A stretch of DNA of 63,097 bases from a virus (Duplodnaviria > Caudoviricetes), in the IMG/VR virus record IMGVR_UViG_3300028840_003063, positions 1 to 63,097 of that record, one strand, 5' to 3'. The notes below the pieces were generated by a model. That model worked only from the letters and a program-made list of their open reading frames with translations. It searched no databases and was not told where the DNA came from. The translations under genes were made by a program, and so were the position numbers. Shown piece by piece: positions 9,278-18,535 of this stretch (positions are counted from its first letter, which is position 1; every line of letters starts with the position of its first letter).

Positions 9278-9514
9278 ATGTTAAACTACATTAAACAACA
9301 AACGGAAGAATTAATCTTAAAGTATCACAAAGATCATATAGTAATTAGACGTTACTTATTTGACAGTGATACATATGATCTTTTAAAATCTAAGGGAATA
9401 ACAAAGATTAATCAATATAAAGTTGGTGTTAATGTAAATGGTGTTAAGAATACATGTAGTATTGTCGGTGATAATATAATTGCAACAATAGGATTAGCGG
9501 GGTATAAGATATGA
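9278..9514 (+). CDS. Hypothetical protein
   Basis: GAGG RBS; downstream of promoter. Confidence 0.6.
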   Translation: MLNYIKQQTEELILKYHKDHIVIRRYLFDSDTYDLLKSKGITKINQYKVGVNVNGVKNTCSIVGDNIIATIGLAGYKI

Positions 9515-9819
9515 AAATTGAAGAGCCAAATTTTATAGGTGAAAACGGTAAAATATATTTAGTTAGGTGCCCTAAATGTTATAGAGAAAATTATATTCAT
9601 GCTGTGAACAGTGGACAATGTGCCTGGTGTAACTTCAAATATAAAAAAGAAACCAATATTAATTAAAATAGCGTCAGTATGATATTTAATCATCCTTTAC
9701 ATAAGCTTAAAATCGACGTGTAGTTAAACAAAAACGTAATAATTATAAATAATTAGTAAATATGTAAATATTTGCAATGAGGGTGCAATTTTAAGCAAAT
9801 AAACAATTTAATATTTTTG

Positions 9820-9847
9820 TTGACATACAAAAATAATGTGCTATAAT
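9820..9847 (+). promoter_or_regulatory. Promoter of the tRNA-like RNA array
   Basis: TTGACA-16-TATAAT with TGn extension; predicted start near 9853, the first base of unit 1. Confidence 0.75.
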
Positions 9848-9852
9848 TAAAT

Positions 9853-9963
9853 ATAGTTGCTATGTGGCGGACAGATGCTAACGGCCGGTAAGAGTAATAG
9901 GCGTCAAAAAAGGTTGGCTAGCGCCGAATGAAAGGCTAGTAAAGGACTTACCATAGCAACTAT
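9853..9963 (+). ncRNA. tRNA-like structured RNA, unit 1
   Basis: 12-bp terminal stem ATAGTTGCTATG/CATAGCAACTAT; TGGCGGA D-arm start; GTAAG/CTTAC stem enclosing a large insertion. Confidence 0.6.
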
Positions 9964-10034
9964 TTTATATTCATCAATAGCGAAAGTGGGCTTCAAGTTC
10001 TGTTTAGCGAAAGTTAACTAGCTATTTTTGAATT

Positions 10035-10148
10035 AAGGCAGGGTGGCGGAATAGAGACGCCTCATGCGCCAAATAAGACATGTGACATTTAAGTATTGTG
10101 CGCCCATAAGTCGCAAAAACTGTAAGAATCGAATCTTACCCCTGCCTT
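10035..10148 (+). ncRNA. tRNA-like structured RNA, unit 2
   Basis: Stem AAGGCAGGG/CCCTGCCTT; D-arm GCG-GAATAGAGA-CGC; T-arm GTAAG-AATCGAAT-CTTAC; no canonical anticodon arm. Confidence 0.65.
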
Positions 10149-10164
10149 TTATTTAAGTTTTTTG

Positions 10165-10373
10165 ATAGTTGCTATGTGGCGATATTGCCCTTAATTAGGT
10201 TCGAGTCCTAAGTCTGGGGAAGCGATAATTAAAAGTTATCATCTAGGGAACTAGCCCCAGACATGGTCACAGGGACATCATGTAAGGTGACTATACTAGT
10301 AACATCGTAGTGATGTAAAACAATAATGATAGCCAAAGCGGGCTACTAGTCAAATCCTTACCATAGCAACTAT
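10165..10373 (+). ncRNA. tRNA-like structured RNA, unit 3
   Basis: Same 12-bp terminal stem; internal TTAGG-TTCGAGT-CCTAA and GTCTGGGG/CCCCAGAC; GTAAGG/CCTTAC stem with insertion. Confidence 0.6.
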
Positions 10374-10399
10374 TTTATTATAAAAAAAGGAGAATTAAT

Positions 10400-10645
10400 A
10401 TGAATAATTTTAAAATTGAATTAGGTACAAAAGTAAAAAGCAATATATCGGGCTTTAAGGGTATTGTTGTATCAAGATCAGAGCATCTTAATGGATGTTA
10501 TAGATATTGGGTTGCACCAAAAGTTGATAAAGATGGTAAGTTACCTGATGGTTATTGGTTTGATGAGCATGAATTAGAAATTATTGAACTTAAAATAAAA
10601 TCAAAGAAGGTTAATACTGGTGGATTTCCATCAAATATAAAATAA
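10400..10645 (+). CDS. Small beta-rich (SH3-like) phage protein, paralog of 57844..58110
   Basis: LGTKVKSNISGFKGIVVSRSEHLNGC...WFDEHEL. Confidence 0.75.
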   Translation: MNNFKIELGTKVKSNISGFKGIVVSRSEHLNGCYRYWVAPKVDKDGKLPDGYWFDEHELEIIELKIKSKKVNTGGFPSNIK

Positions 10646-10720
10646 AAAAAATGGAGCCACAATCCTTAACTGTGTTGGCATCTTTGAAGATTAGATGAAG
10701 GGACAAGACCTGAAATTAAA

Positions 10721-10864
10721 ATAGTTGCTATGTGGCGGAATAGAGACGCCCTATGCGAAGTAGTAACTTTGCCATAAGTAATACGCGTGGCTTATGGGTA
10801 ACAGAGCGAGAAAACATAGAGCTATGATCAAGATGTAAGTATCAAATCTTACCATAGCAACTAT
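10721..10864 (+). ncRNA. tRNA-like structured RNA, unit 4
   Basis: Same 12-bp terminal stem; D-arm as in unit 2; T-arm GTAAG-TATCAAAT-CTTAC; CTATG/CATAG stem enclosing two hairpins. Confidence 0.65.
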
Positions 10865-10883
10865 ATTTAATATTGGAGTAATT

Positions 10884-11705
10884 ATGCAAGTATTTTGTCC
10901 ATACGCAAATCCACAAAAAATGGGTTATATTTATAAAATCACAAATGTTATAAATAATAAAATATATATAGGACAAAGAAAAGGATTACCAAACGAAACT
11001 AAAAATTACTATGGTTCTGGAAAAATCATAAAAAGAGCAATCGTAAAATATGGGGATAAAAATTTTATAAAAGAAATATTAAATATTTCATTTAGGCATA
11101 ATTTAAATTTTTTAGAAAAATTTTGGATAAATTATTTTAAACAAAATAATTTTATATTATATAATATAGGGGATGGCGGTTTAGGAAATAATGGCGGATA
11201 TAATAAAGGGAAAAAATTATCAATAGAAACAAAAAATAAAATCAGTAAGGCATTACAAAATATTAAAAGGTCAGAAAATTTTAAAAATAAAATAAGTAAA
11301 ACATTAAAAAGAAAATATAAAAACGGAGAACGATTACCAGCAAATTTAAATAAAAACATGTCTAATAAAACAAAAATAAAAATGAGTATTTCTCATAAGG
11401 GTATGGTGTTTTCAGAAGAACACAAACAAAAATTAAGTCAATTACATATAGGAAAACCAAAAAGCAAAGAACACAAACAAAAATTAAGGGAAGCTAAGTT
11501 AGGGAAAAAACAATCAAATATCCATATTGAAAAAAGAATAGAAAAAATAAGAGGTAAAATATATATAACTAAACAAGAAAAATGGGATAGAATAGGTAAA
11601 ACACAAGAAGAATGTTTGTGTGGATGTGGATTAAAATGTCATAAATTATTTTATCATGGGCATAATTCAAGATATAAACATCCTAGTAAATATAAAGGAG
11701 AATAA
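10884..11705 (+). CDS. GIY-YIG homing endonuclease with NUMOD3 repeats
   Basis: GYIYKITN...KIYIGQ...YYGSG; repeated SEEHKQKLS-type motifs. Confidence 0.9.
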   Translation: MQVFCPYANPQKMGYIYKITNVINNKIYIGQRKGLPNETKNYYGSGKIIKRAIVKYGDKNFIKEILNISFRHNLNFLEKFWINYFKQNNFILYNIGDGGLGNNGGYNKGKKLSIETKNKISKALQNIKRSENFKNKISKTLKRKYKNGERLPANLNKNMSNKTKIKMSISHKGMVFSEEHKQKLSQLHIGKPKSKEHKQKLREAKLGKKQSNIHIEKRIEKIRGKIYITKQEKWDRIGKTQEECLCGCGLKCHKLFYHGHNSRYKHPSKYKGE

Positions 11706-11706
11706 A

Positions 11707-12129
11707 GTGCAAATTTTCGTTCCTTTTGCTCAACCATATAAAACTGCTCGTTGCTTGGATAATCGTAGGCTTGCAAAACAGATTATTGAGGCAATCCAGA
11801 TATTATCAGCTAATACTAAAATAAATGTAGGATGGAAAATTCCAAAATATATTTATAATCATCCTAATACTTTACTGTGGAAAGATGATAATCCATATTT
11901 AGTTTATTATTCGTTGATTTTATGTGATGTATTTTATACAAGAAGAAAAAAACATCATAAATCAAAAGATTTAATAAATAAACATTTTTTTAACTATGCG
12001 CTCGAATCAGATTATATTTATAAAAATAATTTAAAACATATAACACCTGAATTTTGCAAACAACATCAACGAAAATTATTAGAAAAAAATTATGATTATT
12101 ATAAAATATATTTTGGAGAAATGATATGA
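11707..12129 (+). CDS. Pyrimidine-dimer DNA glycosylase / endonuclease V family
   Basis: GTG start at 11707 with GGAG RBS; QIFVP...ARCLDNRRLAKQIIEAIQIL...NHP...W. Confidence 0.75.
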   Translation: MQIFVPFAQPYKTARCLDNRRLAKQIIEAIQILSANTKINVGWKIPKYIYNHPNTLLWKDDNPYLVYYSLILCDVFYTRRKKHHKSKDLINKHFFNYALESDYIYKNNLKHITPEFCKQHQRKLLEKNYDYYKIYFGEMI

Positions 12130-12356
12130 ATAAAGAATGTGCTAATATAAACTATAAATATCATTATGATATAGAATTATTGCCATATATATTATATGCT
12201 CCAAAGATACAATGGCAATCAGGAATAAAAAAATCAAAAGTTAATATTGATAAAGATTTAATTGAGTGGTTTAAAGAGTTTGTTCAAATACATAATTCTT
12301 ATTATGATATAGATCAAGCAAAAATATTTTTAAAACAATTAAATATACAGGATTAA
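12126..12356 (+). CDS. Hypothetical protein
   Basis: ATGA coupling to the upstream gene. Confidence 0.5.
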   Translation: MNKECANINYKYHYDIELLPYILYAPKIQWQSGIKKSKVNIDKDLIEWFKEFVQIHNSYYDIDQAKIFLKQLNIQD

Positions 12357-12358
12357 AA

Positions 12359-12754
12359 ATGACAGAGAGACATTTACAATCACTATGGAGACAAGCAGTA
12401 TTAAAGTATCATAAAAATAAATGTTTTTTATGTAATATAGACTTTTCATATGATATTTCTTTGTTGCAATGTCATCATTTTGTAAAACGCCGGAAAGTAT
12501 TTTTAAAAAATGACATCTTGAATGGATTTCCCTTATGTCATGGTTGCCATTTAGAAGCCCATACAAAAAAAGGAGAACAAAAACTAATTGAACTAATGGG
12601 TAAAAAAAGATTTAATTATTTAATAGATAATGAAGATATTAAAATAAAAGATTATTTAATGGAAAATGGATTAAATCGAAAGCAATTTAATAAGATAATA
12701 GCTGAGAAGCTAAAAAAAGGGGTGCAAAATGATAATACCATACAAAGAAGCTAG
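12359..12754 (+). CDS. NinG/HNH-like nuclease
   Basis: CFLC...CHH...NGFPLCHGCH. Confidence 0.7.
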   Translation: MTERHLQSLWRQAVLKYHKNKCFLCNIDFSYDISLLQCHHFVKRRKVFLKNDILNGFPLCHGCHLEAHTKKGEQKLIELMGKKRFNYLIDNEDIKIKDYLMENGLNRKQFNKIIAEKLKKGVQNDNTIQRS

Positions 12755-13040
12755 TTTACAAAAACAAAGTGTCCGAAAAATATGCAAAATTGCCGATTGG
12801 ATGCTGTGGCATAAAGGCTCTTATATAAGATTTGATTATTTAGAAAAATACGATGATATCGCTATATATTATCAAGGCAAAAGAAATATGGAATTAAGTA
12901 GACTTTTAAGGTTTGAATTTTATGATTTGTTAAGAAGAATATTTGAAAAAACAGAAACTTCATGGAATTATTGTATTAGAAAAATAGATATAAAAAAATA
13001 TAAAAAATTCAAAGAAAAATACATAAAATGGATAAAATAA
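12729..13040 (+). CDS. Hypothetical protein
   Basis: GGGG RBS; ORF track. Confidence 0.55.
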   Translation: MIIPYKEASLQKQSVRKICKIADWMLWHKGSYIRFDYLEKYDDIAIYYQGKRNMELSRLLRFEFYDLLRRIFEKTETSWNYCIRKIDIKKYKKFKEKYIKWIK

Positions 13041-13052
13041 TTAATATTTTAG

Positions 13053-13081
13053 TTGACAAACATTAATTATTTGTATATTAT
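13053..13081 (+). promoter_or_regulatory. sigma70-type promoter
   Basis: TTGACA-17-TATTAT. Confidence 0.65.
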
Positions 13082-13096
13082 TATATAGGGGTACAT

Positions 13097-13297
13097 ATGA
13101 CAAACGCAGAATATCAAAGAAAATGGGTAAAAGCACATCCAGAAAAAGTAAAAAAATATAGAAAAAATTTATTACATGTAAAACTATCAGATGAAGATTA
13201 TGAAATATTGATGAAATGGGTTAATAAACAAGGAACAACAAAAACAAATATTGTATGTAAGTCATTAAGACTGTTTGATGAACATATGGAGATATAA
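13097..13297 (+). CDS. Small ribbon-helix-helix-like regulator
   Basis: LHVKLSDEDYEILMKW...TKTNIVCKSL pattern. Confidence 0.5.
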   Translation: MTNAEYQRKWVKAHPEKVKKYRKNLLHVKLSDEDYEILMKWVNKQGTTKTNIVCKSLRLFDEHMEI

Positions 13298-13315
13298 AAA
13301 AATAAAGAGGCTTAT

Positions 13316-14218
13316 ATGAGCAGTTATCATAGCTATCCAAAAGTGTTTGCATTAGGTCATGCAATGATAAAAAATATTTTTATGGATAACGTAATAGTTC
13401 AAGAAAAAATAGACGGAAGCCAGTTTTCTTTTGGCGTTTTTGATGGTGAAATAAAATGTAGGTCGAAAGGTAAGCAAATTCAACTAGATAATCCAGAAAA
13501 AATGTTTAAAGAAGCAATTCAAACAGTGATAATGTTAAAAGATAAATTAAAAAACGGGTGGACTTATAGGGGGGAATACTTAAAAAAACCTCAACATAAT
13601 ACGTTAAAATATAATAGGATTCCCAAAAACCATATTATAATTTTTGATATAAACATTGAGCAAGAAGACTATTTAAATTATGAAGAGGTGGAAAAAGAAT
13701 GTGATCGCCTTGGCCTTGAATGTGTACCCAAGTTTTATGAAGGTGAGATTAAAAACACGGATAAAGTATTATCATTTTTAGAAAATGAATCTGTATTAGG
13801 TGGCTGTAAAATAGAGGGTATGGTTTTTAAAAATTATAATCAAGTGGGTGTTGATGGCAAAGTATTAATGGGCAAATATGTATCAGAAAAATTTAAAGAA
13901 ATACACAATAAGGTTTGGAAAGAAAAAAATCCCACAAAAAAAGATATTATTCAACTTATAATAGCATCATTAAAAACGGAAGCAAGATGGGAAAAATCTA
14001 TACAACATTTAAAAGAAAAAAGCCTGTTATTAAATGAGACAAAAGATATTGGTAATTTAATAAAAGAAATACAGGAAGATATTAAGAATGAATGTAATGA
14101 TTACATAAAAGAAAAATTATATAACTATGCAATAAATCAAATATTAAGGGGATGCGTTTCTGGTTTTCCAGAATGGTATAAGGGGAAATTATTAGAAAAT
14201 CAATTTAAAAATAAATAG
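13316..14218 (+). CDS. ATP-dependent RNA ligase family protein
   Basis: QEKIDGS (KxDG), GEY, FDI, EGMVFK, GKYV motifs. Confidence 0.8.
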   Translation: MSSYHSYPKVFALGHAMIKNIFMDNVIVQEKIDGSQFSFGVFDGEIKCRSKGKQIQLDNPEKMFKEAIQTVIMLKDKLKNGWTYRGEYLKKPQHNTLKYNRIPKNHIIIFDINIEQEDYLNYEEVEKECDRLGLECVPKFYEGEIKNTDKVLSFLENESVLGGCKIEGMVFKNYNQVGVDGKVLMGKYVSEKFKEIHNKVWKEKNPTKKDIIQLIIASLKTEARWEKSIQHLKEKSLLLNETKDIGNLIKEIQEDIKNECNDYIKEKLYNYAINQILRGCVSGFPEWYKGKLLENQFKNK

Positions 14219-14226
14219 GAGTTGAT

Positions 14227-15162
14227 ATGAAACGACTTTTTAATATGGCTATATTTAGTATAATATTGTTCTTATTTGTAATTGTAATTACAATGTATAT
14301 ACATTCTCAGTACGCGCAATCAAAATATCAAAAAGCAATATATTCTCAAACCCAAAAAATTAAATCTATATCTAAGAACAATGAAGAGTTAGAAAAATCA
14401 AATTATGTACGAATAAAAATGGTAGAGGATGCTATGATAAAGCTTGCCGATAGTTATGGTGGTGGCGGTCAAGAGATGTTTGAAATAATAGAAAAGATTA
14501 AAAAAAATGATACCAAAAACATTGATGAACTGATCAACACAATTCCCGACACGATGGAAGAGTATAAAAGAGAGATGAAAATAAAGTTTCATGGTTTGCA
14601 AAATTATACAATGAGAATTGACGGGATGATATTTCCTTTTAGTGTTGACGAATCATGGGTAACTTGTGAAGATGGCGAGTTTGGGTATAGATATTGGAAA
14701 GGCAACAAAGAATTACATCCAGGTACAGACTTTAAATCCAAAGGCGATAAAATAATGGCAATGGGTGACGGTATTGTATTAGATGTTGGCGAAGCTAAGA
14801 AAGGCGGTAACTATATACTAAGTGAACATTATATTGATGGTGAAACATATAGATTATACATGGCTCATTTATTTTCATATAATGTTAAAAAAGATGATTT
14901 AATAAAAAAAAGTGATATAATTGCAACTATGGGTAATACAGGCAAAAAGACAAGCGGTAAACATTTGCACGTAACCCTAATGAAATATGATAAGAAATTA
15001 AAAAGATGGATATATATAAATCTTGTAAGAGAGTCAACATATAATAAAAGTGTAATGACAGGATATTATTATATAAAACAATATTATAATGTTAAAAAAG
15101 TTGATAGCGAGGGCAATAAATATTATGAAAAAAAGTTTAGATATATTCCAAAATTTATATAG
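14227..15162 (+). CDS. M23 family peptidase with N-terminal membrane anchor
   Basis: HPGTD, GGNY, MAHL, MGNTG...GKHLH. Confidence 0.85.
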   Translation: MKRLFNMAIFSIILFLFVIVITMYIHSQYAQSKYQKAIYSQTQKIKSISKNNEELEKSNYVRIKMVEDAMIKLADSYGGGGQEMFEIIEKIKKNDTKNIDELINTIPDTMEEYKREMKIKFHGLQNYTMRIDGMIFPFSVDESWVTCEDGEFGYRYWKGNKELHPGTDFKSKGDKIMAMGDGIVLDVGEAKKGGNYILSEHYIDGETYRLYMAHLFSYNVKKDDLIKKSDIIATMGNTGKKTSGKHLHVTLMKYDKKLKRWIYINLVRESTYNKSVMTGYYYIKQYYNVKKVDSEGNKYYEKKFRYIPKFI

Positions 15163-15173
15163 GAGAGTGAATT

Positions 15174-15806
15174 ATGATTATAACATTAAAGTATTCAAAA
15201 ACAGAAGTAACAACCATTGAGATGGATGCATACTTTTTGTCAGCAACAATATTATTTAAGGATATATATCAAAATTCAAAAGAAATTAAAAATATCGTTA
15301 TGGAGAAAACTCCCGTATTATATGTAGGGTGTAGATATGTTGGTATATATCGCTTGATAAGTGCTAGGCTAAATAAATTAGGCAAAAGTTTAACATTTGA
15401 AGAATATGACAAAATAGCAGATGAAGGGGGATTGCTAGGAGATGCATGGGTAGACGGCACTAATTCAAATCCTATTTATGATGTAATAGATGTTGGAAAA
15501 CTAGTTAAAAAAATAAACAAAAAGTTGGGTGTAAAATTAAAATATGAAATTATTAGAAAGTATAATCAAAAAACAAAAGACCGAATAAATTGGTTGTTAA
15601 ACAACGGTATAGGTTTAGTAGTTAAGATGGATAATCCTTATAGCCCAAATTATAAAAATCATTTTGTTAATATAGATGGATATGTTTTAAATTATAGAGA
15701 TGACGAATTATATTTAAAAATGAAAGAAACTTATAAATCTACAAGAGGTTATGATGGTTATTACATTAAGTGGAATAGTCCAGATTATTATGAGGTGATA
15801 GTATGA
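15174..15806 (+). CDS. Possible papain/C39-like cysteine peptidase
   Basis: VGC helix motif and NHFVNIDGY. Confidence 0.4.
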   Translation: MIITLKYSKTEVTTIEMDAYFLSATILFKDIYQNSKEIKNIVMEKTPVLYVGCRYVGIYRLISARLNKLGKSLTFEEYDKIADEGGLLGDAWVDGTNSNPIYDVIDVGKLVKKINKKLGVKLKYEIIRKYNQKTKDRINWLLNNGIGLVVKMDNPYSPNYKNHFVNIDGYVLNYRDDELYLKMKETYKSTRGYDGYYIKWNSPDYYEVIV

Positions 15807-16270
15807 GCATGCATGCTTATAATTATGTTGGTATATATTTTGAATGCGAAAAACAATATGAAATTAAAGAAAATAAAATACCTATTTGTAATAAATGTAA
15901 AATAGTCATTGATGGATTAAATTTTTGTTCGTCCTGTGGAAATAATTTAAAAATAAATAAAGAATATAAAATAGTTAAAGAAAAACAAGAAAAATATTTT
16001 ACTGAAATTTTAATAGAAGAGTTAGATGAAGAAATAATTGAAATTGATTTTTATGAAAATAAAGAGAGAAAATATTATATATTAAATACATTTGATGAAA
16101 AATATTGTTATAATGTTGATGAAGAAGGTATTATAGAACTAGGAAACATAAATGTTAAAAACATTATTGAACAATATAAAATAAAACACTTCAAAATAAT
16201 AGGATTCTTCGAAAAATATTATAAGGAAAAGTATAAAATAAAATTTGGATATATAAATTACTATATGTAG
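15803..16270 (+). CDS. Zinc-ribbon hypothetical protein
   Basis: CNKC...FCSSCG. Confidence 0.6.
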   Translation: MSMHAYNYVGIYFECEKQYEIKENKIPICNKCKIVIDGLNFCSSCGNNLKINKEYKIVKEKQEKYFTEILIEELDEEIIEIDFYENKERKYYILNTFDEKYCYNVDEEGIIELGNINVKNIIEQYKIKHFKIIGFFEKYYKEKYKIKFGYINYYM

Positions 16271-16458
16271 AAACCAAAAAAAAAATAAAGGCTAAGAATG
16301 AAACTAATTAAAAAAATATTAAAAATAATAGCATTTCCTTTTAAGTGGGCTTTAATAGGCATTGCAAACTTTTTAGCGATGTTATTTACAGTAATAATGA
16401 TGCTGTTTATTGGCAGCATTATAGCAATAATAAATTTGTTTGATAGGGAAAATAATAA

Positions 16459-16758
16459 ATGAAAAACAAAGAAACAAAATCAGAAGAGTTTGCAGATAAA
16501 TTACTTAAAAATATTCGTATGGCAAATGAAACATATCCTAACTCCGAGATAGAAAAAAAAAGAAAAAATCAATTAAAGAAAGTGTGGAAACAAAAAGGCT
16601 ACATTAAAAAAAGCAGAGAAGAAGAAATAAAAGAAGAATTAAAAAAGCCTTATCTTGTATATGAAGACGGGAAAGGATTTGTTCCAATGGAAATACAAAA
16701 GAAAATGGAATTATATCAAGAGCTTATAAAGATATTAGAAAAAAAACTAGAGGGATAA
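16459..16758 (+). CDS. Hypothetical protein
   Basis: ORF track. Confidence 0.55.
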   Translation: MKNKETKSEEFADKLLKNIRMANETYPNSEIEKKRKNQLKKVWKQKGYIKKSREEEIKEELKKPYLVYEDGKGFVPMEIQKKMELYQELIKILEKKLEG

Positions 16759-16910
16759 TTTATGTATCAATTTAACGACCTTATAGAAGACATCAATAGA
16801 ATTTATGATTTATATTCTGATTATCCGGATATATGCAGAAGTCACGTAGAAAGCTGTATTAATATTTATATTGAAAATGTCGTAAAATCAAGAATAAAAA
16901 AAAATACAAA

Positions 16911-17168
16911 ATGAAAACAGATTTATTTGAATTTAAAAGAAATGAATCCCAAAAAATAAATATTGCAAAAAGCATAATAAACTCCATATCTTTTGGTGAT
17001 ATAAAAGAAATTGATATTATAATAAATGAGTTAGAGTTAAATCTATGCAGACACTTAAAAAACATATTTATGGAATTAAAAATAGAAACTAAAAAGAATA
17101 ATAGTACATATGATGTTTTTAAAGCCGAATTAAATAAATTTACCAAAAGAGGGGATGATGAGCTTTAA
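16911..17168 (+). CDS. Hypothetical protein
   Basis: ORF track. Confidence 0.45.
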   Translation: MKTDLFEFKRNESQKINIAKSIINSISFGDIKEIDIIINELELNLCRHLKNIFMELKIETKKNNSTYDVFKAELNKFTKRGDDEL

Positions 17169-17937
17169 AAGATTGTTAGTTTTATCAGATTTACATTGTG
17201 GCCACAAGGCAGGATTAGCGCCTCCCGAATGGCATAGATCAAAAAGTGCATTTTATAAACAACAAGCCGAAATGTGGAGTTTTTTTCAAGAGCGAACAGA
17301 GAAACATAAACCTTATGATATTTGTGTTATTAATGGTGATGCCCTGGATGGGAAGGGCAAAAAATCAGGAGGCAGCGAATTATTAACAGCTGATAGAGAC
17401 GAGCAGGCTCTTATGGCTTATGAGTGTATTAAAATATCAGAAGCTAAAGAATATCATATGACTACCGGGACTGCTTACCATACAGGGGCATTTGAAGACT
17501 TTGAAAAAATAACAGCGAGAAAGTTAAAGGCAACAATACAAGGGCAATTATTTTTAGATGTTAACGGTACAATAATAGATTTTAGACACCAGGTTGGTGC
17601 GTCTAGTATACCACATGGAGCTAATACACCATTATCAAAGGCTAAACTATGGAATATGGTTTGGAATAATTATGGGGGACAGCCTAACGCAGATATAACT
17701 ATTAGATCACATACACATAGATTTGTATATAATGGGGATAATAAATATCTCAATATAATAACGCCAGCATTGCAAGGGTTTGGATCAAAATTTGGGGAGA
17801 GAATATGTTCTGGTATAATACATATAGGTTTTATATATATCGATATATATAAAGATCATTATGATTGGGGATTTGAGATTATGAATTATAAAACTTCCCA
17901 GAAAAATAATATTATTATATCAGGATTAAAAAAGTGA
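17155..17937 (+). CDS. Calcineurin-like metallophosphoesterase
   Basis: SDLHCG, NGDALDG, SHTH motifs. Confidence 0.8.
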   Translation: MMSFKRLLVLSDLHCGHKAGLAPPEWHRSKSAFYKQQAEMWSFFQERTEKHKPYDICVINGDALDGKGKKSGGSELLTADRDEQALMAYECIKISEAKEYHMTTGTAYHTGAFEDFEKITARKLKATIQGQLFLDVNGTIIDFRHQVGASSIPHGANTPLSKAKLWNMVWNNYGGQPNADITIRSHTHRFVYNGDNKYLNIITPALQGFGSKFGERICSGIIHIGFIYIDIYKDHYDWGFEIMNYKTSQKNNIIISGLKK

Positions 17938-18197
17938 GGTGTTGTTATATGGATAAAGAATGGTCTGTTGATATGCAACAAATTTTAGACGAAGTAAAAA
18001 AAACTTATAACAAACCAATTACATTTGAAATAGCAAAAGTTGTATATACAATGTGGGACAATATAGTTAAAAAAAAATTTGCAAAAAAAGTTGGAATTAG
18101 TTATGAAAGATTAAAAAGTTTTCACGATTATATAAACAGCCAAAATGATATAAATATGACAGATGATAAAATAAAAGAAATAGCAAGGGAATTTTAA
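17934..18197 (+). CDS. Hypothetical protein (ATG at 17949 is the likelier start)
   Basis: GAGGTG RBS before MDKEW. Confidence 0.55.
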   Translation: MRCCYMDKEWSVDMQQILDEVKKTYNKPITFEIAKVVYTMWDNIVKKKFAKKVGISYERLKSFHDYINSQNDINMTDDKIKEIAREF

Positions 18198-18535
18198 TGT
18201 CTAAACTTAAAGTATATATAGCAAGCCCTTATACAAAAGGTGATATAGCGCGAAATATAAAAAGGTCATTTGAATGTTATGATAATCTGTTAAAACGGAA
18301 TTTTTTACCGTTTGCGCCATTAACAAGCCATTTTATACACATGATATATCCTCAGAATTATGAAACATGGCTAGAAATAGATTTAGAATGGGTTAAGGTT
18401 TGTGATTGCGTATTAAGATTGTCAGGGGAGTCAAAAGGGGCAGATCTGGAGGTAAAATTTGCAAATAAAAACAACATTCCTGTTTTTTATTCTATAGGTG
18501 AATTGGTTGGGTGGCAAGATGCGAAAAATAGATAA
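18197..18535 (+). CDS. Nucleoside 2-deoxyribosyltransferase-like (DUF4406/DUF1937-type) protein
   Basis: VYIASPY...CDCVLRLSGESKGADLE...IPVF. Confidence 0.7.
   Translation: MSKLKVYIASPYTKGDIARNIKRSFECYDNLLKRNFLPFAPLTSHFIHMIYPQNYETWLEIDLEWVKVCDCVLRLSGESKGADLEVKFANKNNIPVFYSIGELVGWQDAKNR

Noticed and set aside
10692-10716. Hammerhead ribozyme
   Set aside because: Core reads UAGAUGA, not CUGANGA, and I could not form stems I and III.
9853-10864. CRISPR array, attC cassette or MITE reading of the repeated ends
   Set aside because: Units are closed by inverted stems with tRNA D/T-arm motifs and irregular lengths. There are no cas, integrase or transposase genes and no evident target duplications.
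10884-11705. Group I intron around the GIY-YIG gene
   Set aside because: There is no non-coding space for a catalytic core; the ORF directly abuts the next start.
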